Made by a program: the position numbers and the translations under genes. A model generated the notes under the pieces. It had not been told where the DNA came from, ran no database searches, and saw only the letters and a program-made list of their open reading frames with translations. Below are positions 1 through 11,133 of a stretch of 64,000 bases of DNA, one piece after another. Source of the DNA: Tubiluchus corallicola (Eukaryota > Animalia > Priapulida); the NCBI GenBank assembly GCA_030141605.1, contig JAQGDQ010000004.1:1302001-1366000 (forward strand), written 5' to 3'. How positions within the stretch are numbered: the stretch's first letter is position 1; each line of letters starts with the position of its first letter.

Positions 1-984
1 AATGAATACTTGGCATGTGGCAGCAGATTGGGGACCACGGCATCAAATTATGGGTGCTGTGTTGCATAATGGAAGCACCTAGGATGATGATACAAAGAGA
101 GAATACAAGCATATGCACTAAAGAAAACATTAGGTCAAAACCAAAGTACACATTATTGGGTTTTATTAATAGAAACTAATTAATTTAGCCAATGGAAAAA
201 CGAATACAGTACAAAAAACTAATGTGGTACATTAATTTGCTGCACTCTGATGATAACCACCTAGCAAAATTAATACTGAAGGAGCAAATCTCAAGAGGAT
301 ATCCAAAATGTTGGTATGAAGTATTAATGAAAATATATAGGGAAAGAAAATGAAATCGACATGAATAAAAATGAAATAGTAATGTTAAACACGGTTAACA
401 TGGAAAAAAGCTAGTAAAGAAAGGTAAATGAGGAATACCAGCAAGCAATAGCAAATAAAACAAAGTTAAGGTTCTTAACATTAATTAGTGTAGAAAAGTG
501 AATATATAATTCCAGTTGTAACTTACGAGATGTTGGTGCAATGAAATGTTGGTGTAATGTGTATAAATGCTGCACAAATGTGAAATAATGATATCATAAG
601 ATGAATTTTAATTACATGTTAAAGAAAAAAATTACTTGGAATTATATATATATATATAACCTATAATGCTATGTAAATATGAACAAGATACAACAGAGCA
701 TTTGATTGAAAGTAGAATGTAACAAGCAGGTGCCCATCCAGCTTAAATAGTGAAGTATTGAAACACTAAACCTGTACATTAAAGCAGCAATGGAATATCG
801 AAAAGATATATGGGAGTAGAATGTTTAGAAGATGCAGAAGAATAACACCGAATCTGAAGTGTAAATCAAAACAGGAAAAAAATTCAGTGAATTGTGACCA
901 CGCAGGCACTTTTTGTGCAGGCTTGTTCAACAGCAACGAAGAGGGTCCTGAGTAAGCACCAGTAAGCGCCAGACTTCGCTAAGG

Positions 985-1001
985 TGATGATGATGATGAT
1001 G
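985..1001 (+). repeat. (GAT)n tract, probably the 3' tail of a decayed LINE or SINE
   Basis: The sequence tgatgatgatgatgatg follows a GC-richer segment at about 900-985 and an A-rich degenerate stretch. Confidence 0.45.
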
Positions 1002-1429
1002 CACGACTTGTAGTTTTTCAACTTTGTTTATTTCAAGTTTTGATTTTCCGTAGGTAAGCTGTGAAAAATTACAGGATTCTACGAAAAAATTAATTTTGCG
1101 AATGATTTGTGTTCTTTATTGCACGTTCAGTAGTTCACTCAGGACATGTGGTAGCACACACTTGCGTGTAAATTGATGATTTATGTTTTAACGCGTGCTG
1201 CAATTTGTTTCATTTGTTTTCTGTAATGTACAACTGCATTACATCAAGCACTAATAATAGTGATACTGATAGTAATATTTGGGGGAAAAAGCTAAGAGGA
1301 AGGCAGCTGATCACATATTTAGATTGCCTGAAGAAAGACTTACTAAATACTCCACTTGAATTAAACAACATAGACCACTGTTAAAAACAAATGAAATTTT
1401 TGGGAAATGCAGATTATTGAAATTTGCCA

Positions 1430-1645
1430 TCATTGGTTGAGTTAGACATCTAGAATACTGTGTGCAGGCAGTGAAGTTTTGGAATCCTCATTAGGGAAAA
1501 GGTTATGGAAGGGATGCAAAGGCATGCTAGAAGGATAATATATGGTTGTAAAAATTTCATATTTAGAAAGTGTAGTATTAATATCTCAATTTGGCAACAC
1601 TTGAATTAAGAAGAAACAACTGAGATCTTGTTGAGGTTTATCTGA
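1430..1645 (+). mobile_element. Degenerate CR1-type LINE ORF2 C-terminal fragment
   Basis: Translates across frameshifts to VRHLEYCVQ..FWNPH...EGMQRHARRII...LELRR...DLVEVY. This matches the CR1 consensus RPHLEYCVQFWSP...ERVQRRATKMI...LERRRLRGDLIEVYK. Confidence 0.7.
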
Positions 1646-1807
1646 AAATTACTTTAATTTAGTTGTTGGTTAAAAATTAGAGGGCACAAGGTGTCCAATT
1701 TAGCTAAGCTGTGGAATTTAACTACACAAGAGTCTGTCCTGCAATTTAATGTGGAACCTGATTTTGGGTGTAGAGGGATAAAGGTACATTTTTAAAATAC
1801 TGTACTG

Positions 1808-3068
1808 CAATATAACCCACATATAATGAGGCCTGTTATAATGAACCTCTGGTTATTACGAGCAAGATTCAAATTATTGGCTTAAACAATATATATTTAA
1901 ACCTTACTTAATATCTCTGATATTAAGAGATCTTGCATTTTATGAAGTAATTTTACCACCCCGTGACTGCACTTCCCTTGCATATAACGAGTGTGAGTTC
2001 TAAAACAATGCTCACATGGGCACCACACACCAAGGAAAAAAGGTCAACGTACCGGGTACCCGGTGAGAATTAATTTATTGATCCTGTATAAAACAATATG
2101 TTTCAAGTATACCATGTGCTGTTGGGTTTGCAGCTACTTGTCCTGCTGTAATTGTAACTTAGTGAATGAAGGGGACAAATGGTTCAGACACAGCAAAGAT
2201 CATTTTATCAACATGGTAGCTTGAGTGACGCAGTTGGAGCCTTTGTTAAGCTTTAGCAATTTTTTGTATCTTCACCCGTCACCTGATAATGGCGTGTTCT
2301 CATGCCTTCCATACCTTGTCAGCTTCTTGACTAAGGTCTGGTACAATTTAATGTAAAGCAGGCAAAAATATTCGAGTTTTTTAAAAAAAATAAATTGTCC
2401 TGCTTTGCAAAGTTGCAAACTAAGTAATTCTGTGACTTTTCAAAGTTTAATTTTTAATAAAATACTTTTAAATAAATACTGTGATTTTAAATCACATAAC
2501 AAGCAGGCCATAACATGCTTGCAGGTTTAGTTATAAGCCGAATGTAGGTCCTGCTGAAATACTCATAATCAAATCGCATTGCACTTGCACATGTGTTTAA
2601 ATAGAAACAGAGATGTTCATATCTAGGCTAAGTTTAATCTGACAAAAACTATTTGTTTTCCACCCACCCAGGCATCCAGAGGGCAGGCAGTTAAATGTTT
2701 ATACTGTAACACCCAAGTAAAACACGCTCAGCTATGACACAATAAATCATAGCAGAAACTTAGAAAAGCAACTTATGTGGTGATTTATTACGCAAAATAC
2801 TGAAGTAGTCCTATTAATAACAGAGTTTGAACACTGTAAGTTTACTCTTTTGTGACTTATTAGTTGCTGAACAGTGGCACTCATTATGAAACTTGTACCA
2901 GTTTCAAGAAAGTGTTATTTGCATTGTTATATAGTGTCCGCCTTCATGTCTGTCTTGAATGTGCTTCATGTCTGTCTTGTTATTGCACTCTGTTTTGACC
3001 TCGGCTATAACGAGACTCGGTTTTAGTTAGCCGATTTTCATAAAACTCGTTATAAGCAGATTATACTG
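1808..3068. mobile_element. Old pogo/Tigger-like non-autonomous DNA transposon
   Basis: The right end ctcgttataagcagattatactg|TA (reverse complement CAGTATAATCTGCTTATAACGAG) corresponds to a degenerate left end caatataacccacatataatgag. TATAACGAG-type subterminal motifs repeat at both ends. Confidence 0.6.
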
Positions 3069-5329
3069 TAGGGTAGCTGCAGTACTGACCCAAGTTAGAG
3101 CGCAGTTGAGTAGTGGCGTTGATTAAGACCCAAATGTTAAAAAATTAAAAGAAATACTGGCAGTAATTTGACATTTTCGCTTTTTGCCTTACGCTAGCAT
3201 GTATGCTGCCTTGCGAGCTTACTTAATTACTTGACAAGAAATTTTGGCACACTGCATTTTTCAGTCAGTGTAGGGATCTATGTTTGTTGCCAAGCCTGCT
3301 AGAATGCGGACTCAAGGAAGATGTTGTAAAGTTTGGAAATGGCAGATTTGTCAAGTTATCAGTAAAATTTTTTTGAGTTTTACGTAAATTTAGAACAATT
3401 CATGTTTCAAATGCTTGCTATACACTTCTTGATGAACGGAATGGTGACTTGGTTCACTTGCAAAGAGAAGAATCAGCAAAATTCTAAATGGTTTGGAGAT
3501 TGAATCAGGAACTGTTAAGTCTCATTCTGAGAAAGATGTCAGTACTGATAGTGATTAATTCTTATAATAAATCACTTTAACTGAAATTCAGTCTTTGCTG
3601 TTTCAGTAATTATAATTCATTGTACTTTGAATTATGTAATTTAGACCTTGATTCTCTGGATTCTCCCAAAAAGTCCCTACTTAGATTCTGGCAAATATAG
3701 TGAAATTCTGGCCCTGGGTAACAAGTTTTCACACGGGTTTAATGTGCTACCATATTTCTTAAATAGACTAAATTTATAGTTGTATATACATACATTTGTA
3801 ATTGAAGTTCACCATTAAACGCTATTGGTGGGACATTATAGGTCAGACAAGGCTCTCGAGTATGTATTGAAAAACAGAGCGAATAAAAATAGATTAATTA
3901 ATTTATGCTGATAATAATAGTTTACTTTATTTACTGGACAAAGTAAAGGACATTTCTGCACTAAATTGCCATACAACAAGACACCCACCATCTAGAAAAA
4001 ATGTTTTAATTATTGGTAAAATTATTCATTCGGTAAATTATTCGCTGACTGTTTATATTAAACTCTGCATCAATAATTTGCTCACAGTGATTTATTGAAC
4101 AGCCCAAAGAAAGCGGGCCAAATTTGGATTGTGAATCTTTTTTCTGGCACCTCATGTTAACCAGTAAGCCATTATTAACCTTGCAGCCCATAGCTGCCTG
4201 TTTACAAACCAAGTCACTAGCCAGACATTGATTCAGTCGTTCAAGGGAATGGTTTTTCGTGGTTGTTATAGCAGTAACAGGCTGTCTGATTACTATAATG
4301 TTATACATATTATCTTTATGGTAAACTGGTAGACTGAGGGAGCTGCAGGACCCTTACATTGTGTAGTTAGCATTGAGAGTCAGCACGTGTACATCATAAA
4401 TTTGGGAGTTTCAGTTACTTACCTGTCACTGCTGTAAAACTAGTATTAGCATTGACTACATATATACACAAGCATTTAAAAGCATAGCAAAATAAAAAAA
4501 TGTAAGTTTTCCCATTGAACTATCTTTAGGTATCGTTACATTTATTACACAAAACTGTGAGCATTGTGCTGTTTAAGTTTGGCTAGCAAGTGTCGAACTA
4601 GACCCATGTGGCATAATGCTTAATAATAAATAGGCCTCGCATACAAACGCTTATGAAAACAAAATTGGGAAAAACCATTATTTAGTTCTAGATTATCGTA
4701 AACAGTTTTGTTACACATATTTAATAAAAGACCTCAACGCTTATTCAATTATTTACTAACTGATTTCATTACAGCATTTTTGTAAAAAAGCCTAGCTAAC
4801 TTTAATTCCTCTTTTGAAGTTTACATCATATAACTGAGTTATCCTTGATTAAGTGCTTGCTATTATTTAACATTTACTGGGTGAGTTATTGTGGGGACTT
4901 TGCAACATTCGTCTTTTGTCCACAATTTGAATTTAAGCTGGTTATACCTAACCCAATTGGGTTAACCTCTATATTTTTGGGTATGGGCAACGCTGTGATA
5001 AGGTAATGGTATCGATCAAAGGTCATCCCAAGGGCATGTCCAGAATAGACAAGCGGATAGAAATGTCAACAGCTGCACTGCTACGGTAGGTATAGTAGGA
5101 GGATCCGTGTCAGTTCAGATGTGCAAGGAATTAAAGTGACCTGTCACCGACTGATAGCCCAATATAAAAAAAGGTTTACCCCCTTCCCCCACAGGGATGG
5201 AGGGAGAGATGACCGGGATGAATCAGGATTGTGGATGTATTGTAGGAAGATTCAAGTCAAATCAGTGTGAGGAATTTGAGTTGGTTGTTACCTACAGAAA
5301 AAGTGCCATTGACAAAAATATTTTGCGCC

Positions 5330-5640
5330 GTTTTTATAATGATAGAATATTAGTTCTGTCGTTAGGGATAACATGTTCATTGGATCTTACATTACACCTT
5401 TTACAATTAATTTTAATACCATTGGCATAATTTAATTAATTTGGTTTAACATCATCTGCCATCAATGCATTTAGTGAGTGATAATATAGATAAAGATTTA
5501 AGAGTTTAGTATACCCTTCTGGACTGGGGAAGGTGTAAGGAATTACTATGTAATTTTTCAAATATACATTTTTTGATCCTATAAATCTATACTTTCGATT
5601 CACTGTTAATTGTCCAATATTTATGCATTTCATGCATTAG
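5330..5640 (-). mobile_element. Degenerate non-LTR retrotransposon reverse transcriptase fragment (CR1/L2-like)
   Basis: The minus strand gives KLLNLYLY...ALMADDVK, resembling LFNIYIND...FADDTK. It is followed by YANGIKINCKRCNV, resembling W...N.LKLN..KC.V. Stops and frameshifts are present. Confidence 0.5.
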
Positions 5641-6376
5641 GATACCTTAATTCATTTATGACTAATTCCATCGCTTGTCAGTGTCATTTATTTTACATAA
5701 TCTGTCGTAAAAGTCGACTTCATTATATTCATTTATTCTTGCAAAACTCGCTTACCTAAAGAAATTTGGATTCATCCCAATTTGTGATTATTTAGTAATA
5801 CCTTGGAAAATGCCCATATATCAACTGCAAATTTTGACAGTTTCTTTGTTTGTGTTTTTAATTATGACCAATAATTCAAAGCAGTATTGGCTTTTGATAG
5901 AACTTCTTGAGTTTAAACTAGTATTGATAGAAATTTATTCTGCATAGACTTTCTAGTGCATTTACAAGTTTTTTTGAAAGCTAGATAGTATTTTTTCTGA
6001 TGAGCTTTAGTTAAATATGACATAATATTATATATTGCATTAATGAACAAATTTCTTTTCTTTCAGCTGTCATGCTGTACCAGTACTGTTCTGAACTGAA
6101 CTTCCTGTGTGATGATAATTTTGTAGATATGAAGGCAAAGTACAAGTTTGTAGAACTGCTACTGTTTATATTACGTCTTGATATGTAGCATAAAGAATGA
6201 CTTGTTACGTGTTCAAAAGTTCAGACTTCATTGTGGGTGGAAATTAATTTAGTGTCCTTATAATAAAATTTGGTTTTCCTTGTGCATATATTACATCACG
6301 AATATTTACTCATAGTGCTGTTTAATCTACTAACATAAGCACATTATTACCGATATGATATTTTGAAATTGTCAAC

Positions 6377-9300
6377 ATGTCTAGTGTAAGTAGCCTTGAC
6401 GGGGCTACCGCAGAGCTTCTTGATGGCAGACATGGAACTAAGCAAAAGGTAAAGCCTCACCACAGAGCTTTGCCACATAGAGCAGAGAGCTCATCGTTTG
6501 ATTCCGGTGATAGTTTAAATAGTAATGGCCTGGTGAATGGCTGCAGTGAAGCGGAAAGTTTGGAGGAAACGTCATTGTTCACAGTTCAGAAGCCGTCACC
6601 TGTTTCCCTCGCTGCTAGTTATGATTCTGGTATGGGCAGTATGGTTAGTAGCATGACCGCTGTAGAACATGACTGTGACGTAGCTTCTGCTGTTGTTGCT
6701 AGAGATGTTTATGATGTAGCAAGCTTTGATGTTGGAGGAAAAAAATGTAAAAATCTGGTGTTAAAAGGTGTTGTTGATGAAGCAGTCATAACTAAGCTTG
6801 ATTTTAATACTCCTAATGTTAGAGATAAAGAGTTACATGAAGCATCTTTAATGGCAGCTGTTAAAGATGTTATACACTATGATGATGTAAATAAATGCAC
6901 TGCTGTTGGTGTTCCAGCTGCCAGTCTCTCTAATACTGTTGATTCTGATCCAACTCAATGTGATCTCAGTGCATCCATTAGTAAACTTAGTACTGATACT
7001 GATTCTGCTTTGCATATAAGTCAAATTCCAAAAAGTCAAGAAGAGCTGTGTGTAGAATCTGACCGTAGCACAGGCTCTCATGAGCATATTGTTATTAGTG
7101 TACCTGCAAGAGTAGACAGCACAGGTGGAAATATAGCTGCCATAGCACCAGCTGTACCCCCACGTCCACCTTTGCGTACTTCATTTCGAGAGAAAACAGA
7201 TCCGAGTGATGATCCCTGCACTTGTTTTGCAAGTGATACTAATGCCACTAACACATTTCATTTATTAACTGACAGCTTGCATAGCGTGACTGCAGTTCAG
7301 CTTACAAAAAGTTCAACAACAACGGCTGAATCCCATAATGTCGATGTACCACCACGACCGCCCAGTAGACCTTCTGCTACTAAATCTCCAAGAACTGTAA
7401 TAGAACATAATAGGCAATTGGCTACACCATTGTCGAGTCATAATGTCGCTGTTCATGATGCAGTTACATCAGATACACAGCCTCCTCCCTTACCAAGACG
7501 GGTAGCAACGCACCATCACAGAGATCCCCCACCACTACCAAGTCGTAAAAATGAATTAGTCAAAAGGCATACAAAGTCACCTGACTCAGTTGTCAGGTGT
7601 CCCGATGGTCACGTGTGTACTGTGACATTTAGACAGCCCGATGGTTTCGTGATTCCTACAGAGGCATGTTGTACAACAGACAAGGATAATGATCCACCTA
7701 TTGTACCACCAAAGAGAGTGCATGCAAACCGTACACTAGCCGAATCTTCAAGAAATAATACTACAACTGATAGAGCAAACGAACCTATACATGTTCCAGT
7801 CAGTGAAATAACATCTTTGTTGGAGTCTCCACAGTTACTGCCACGAAGGACGCACTCACCACCCATCACTCGCAGAGTCAGAACTGAAGTGCCAGCCAGG
7901 CGGAGCAACACAATGATGTTACCCCTCTCCGGTGCTGTTCCACACAGTACTGTACCTCCAGTAGCGCAGCAAGACAGGTTGGTAATGGCAACTATGCCTG
8001 GTATGCGACATCAGCAGCAGCAACAGCAGCATTCTACACCTGCACCATCATCTCAGCCATCAACCAAACAACGATTATCCATAATGGATAATATACGACA
8101 TACTGTGGTTAACTTTTTCAATCCTCATGACATTCAGCATAGTGGGGCACGAAGGAAGACAAAGTCAAAATACGAATTTCCAGACTTACCGCGTGTTGAA
8201 GCCACACCTAACGAGTATGAGAAGTGGGGACCTCGTTCCGTTGCCTCAGATAATTTGATGTCAGTGTTCATCAGGCCTCCACCACCAATTCCGTTAAGAA
8301 GAGTAGATGTTGCATTGGAAGGAGGGTCTACTTTGTCAACTTCTGTTATTGCTAGTGAGAGTGAGGCTTTGGTTTCACCTACTGGTAAGTACTGTGAATA
8401 TGTTTTGCTTTTTTACAGAAAGTTGAAGGGAAAATGTGTACAATTTTATTCAGATCTTAGTTCAAGATTACTTGTGAGTCCATAAAAACCTTTAAAAGAT
8501 CAAATATCTTTTTTAATAATAATTTACTTTTAAAAACTATTTGCTCAAAAGCCTAATTTCATTCAGTGTTACACACTTACAGTACTGTTACAAATATGTA
8601 ATAAAATATTTTTATTTTTATTTATTTATATTTATTTTAGTCCATAGGTTAGTAGGTCAAAATGAACCGTTATCTGAAAAAAATCACTATTTTTTCATTT
8701 AATTAGCTGCTTGTCCTGGTCAAGTTTTTGAAAACATGGTGATTAAGATTTAATTTTAGTATTTCAATCTCAAGACTCGTTTGAGTTAGAAAAGAGTAAG
8801 AGTTACTTTTTGGCGAATTTTACGTACAAATGTGGTGTTATGCATCTATAGTCAAACCTCGTTATAATGCCCCTCCCTTTTATAATGCCTACCTCGCTTA
8901 AGGCAAATTTTTGGCAAAACAAAATGTCTGTATTTGCATAGATATGTACGTATTAATACACCTCATTAGAATGCCAAACACGCTTAACTCCATCTTTCCC
9001 TGGAGGCCATAAGCAGGTGGTGTAAAGAGGCTTGACTTTACCTAAGTGGCTTATGATAAAACAATAAAATGCCATTATCTGCATAATACTATTTCCTTTT
9101 CAGAACAAGATTCTCTGTATTTGCGCACTACTGACTCTAGTACTCCTGTGGTGACACCAACCAGTTCTACATCAGATGTTCCATTACCGGTTCCACCTAG
9201 AGTAATAACAGAGCGACGCAGTCCAGTATCACGGCCCGGATCCGCAGTAGATGGTGTTCGAAATTCCGCTGATCAGCACAATGGTAGTCCGAGTATTTAT

Positions 9301-11099
9301 CAGGAATATTTCAAAAACTTTATATCTATAAATTCACCTAAAAGTGAACCCCCTGCCCCGCCCAACTGAACAGTAGACACGAAATAAAATAGATGAAACC
9401 CGTCACAACAAAACTAGGAGAAAGAGCTTTCAATTTTGAGTAAACAACACTTATCCAAACATTTAGTCCTGCCACTAGTCGCGGGCCATAAATGTTGAAT
9501 AGGAATACAATTGATGTTGGTTTCTTAATCTGAATGATGTCATGGCCCATTTCTCAAAAACTTTGTTGATTTTTATTTCTGACAATAAGGAGTGGAAAAC
9601 ATAAAAATTTTATTTAAAAAAAGTATTGCATATTAAAATATTAAAAAATATGTTTATATCTGCTTGCCATCCTTTAAAGTATGACAAGCTTGCTATGTCT
9701 ACTTGCTATCCTTAACACCCTGTAGGTATTATAATTATGGTAGGATCTCTTTGCACTAATTGTGTGAATTTAGTTGAAAGAAAAACACTTCTAAAAGAAT
9801 TAAATTGCTGTTTGCTTTCATTTCATCCATACACACACGCACGCATGCACACACACATGTATGTGTGTGTATATATATATATATACGGTAGGTGCCGCTT
9901 AATAGACTCGATCACTTAATTGACCCAAAACTGCGTGGAATGGGCCGCTTCTATTCAAATATATGTAAAAACTATCGGTAATTGACTCAAATAACTCCGC
10001 ATAATTGACTCAATATTTTTCCTTCACCTACTTAAAATAAGATATTTGTATATGCCAAAAGAGCCTTTCCTACTTTTATGTCATCTTTACTTCCCTTTTG
10101 TGCAGTATGTATGCAGAAACAATCATGTTAAGTAACGTTTTGTTTATAAGCTGGTATGTTTATCATACCTAAGTGTAGCGGTTTTGCTTTTAATCTGTTA
10201 CCCTTTCGCCCGCTGTTGGGTGCCTACTGTATGTATTTATTACAGGTATAGAAGTATGAGTCAACAGCTTACTACGCACTGCAAAGGTTTTTAATGAATT
10301 TTAGAAACGAAGTAATGCCCAAATCCTTTGTACAGTTAAAAATTAGAAAAAAATATTTTAAAACATTAATTTATATAAGTGAGTTAGCAAAAATTATACT
10401 TTTCTAAATAACAGACTTTTCTAAGTCTGTTTATTTGCAAAAATTACAGTCAGCTGCTTCATTTTCTCGTGAAGAAGTTGGCCCACAAAGTTCTCGTAAT
10501 TATAAAAACGTTGAAAATCTGTTGTGTGTGACTAAAACAGTTCTGAATCGTCTGCTCACTTACATTGCCCTTATTTCCTGTACGATGTTTACTCTTGTAA
10601 GTCAAAAGAAATTCCAGCTAATTATACTGTACCTGCCTCTTTGACTATTAACTCATTAAGCCTGAAAGCATGATTTGCAACTAGAGCACCGTAAGGAAAT
10701 TGCTAGGCAAGTAATTCAATGTTTAGCTTCCAGAAATTCTTTGGTTAACGAGGTTAATTGCAGTGGGCAAGCGGGTAACAGATTCAAAGCAAAACCACTA
10801 CGCTAGCGTATTAGCGCATGATAAACGTATCTGTTTACAAACATAACAGTACGTAACATGATTGATTCTACATGTATATAATGCACAAAAGGGAAGTAAA
10901 GGTGACATAAATGTAGGAAAGGCTGTTTGGGCACATGCAAATGTCTTATTTTAAGTACAGGAAGGAAAAATATTGAGTCAATTAAGCGAAGTTATTTGAG
11001 TCAATTACCGATAGTTTTTATGTATATTTGAATAGAAGCGGTCCGTTCCAGGCATTTTTGAGTTAATTAAGCGGCGACTACTGTGTATATATATATATA

Positions 11100-11133
<34 letters not shown>

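Noticed and set aside
4410-4430. Perfect minus-strand donor CAG|GTAAGT and the nearby 100-aa ORF at 4006-4308
   Set aside because: No partner exon, promoter or protein similarity. A single 9-mer is expected by chance in 64 kb.
6848-7911. Minus-strand ORFs (79 and 100 aa) inside SOCS7 exon 1, and similar antisense ORFs over SF3B1, NUB1 and SLC24 exons
   Set aside because: They are shadows of real coding exons on the opposite strand and have no independent motifs.
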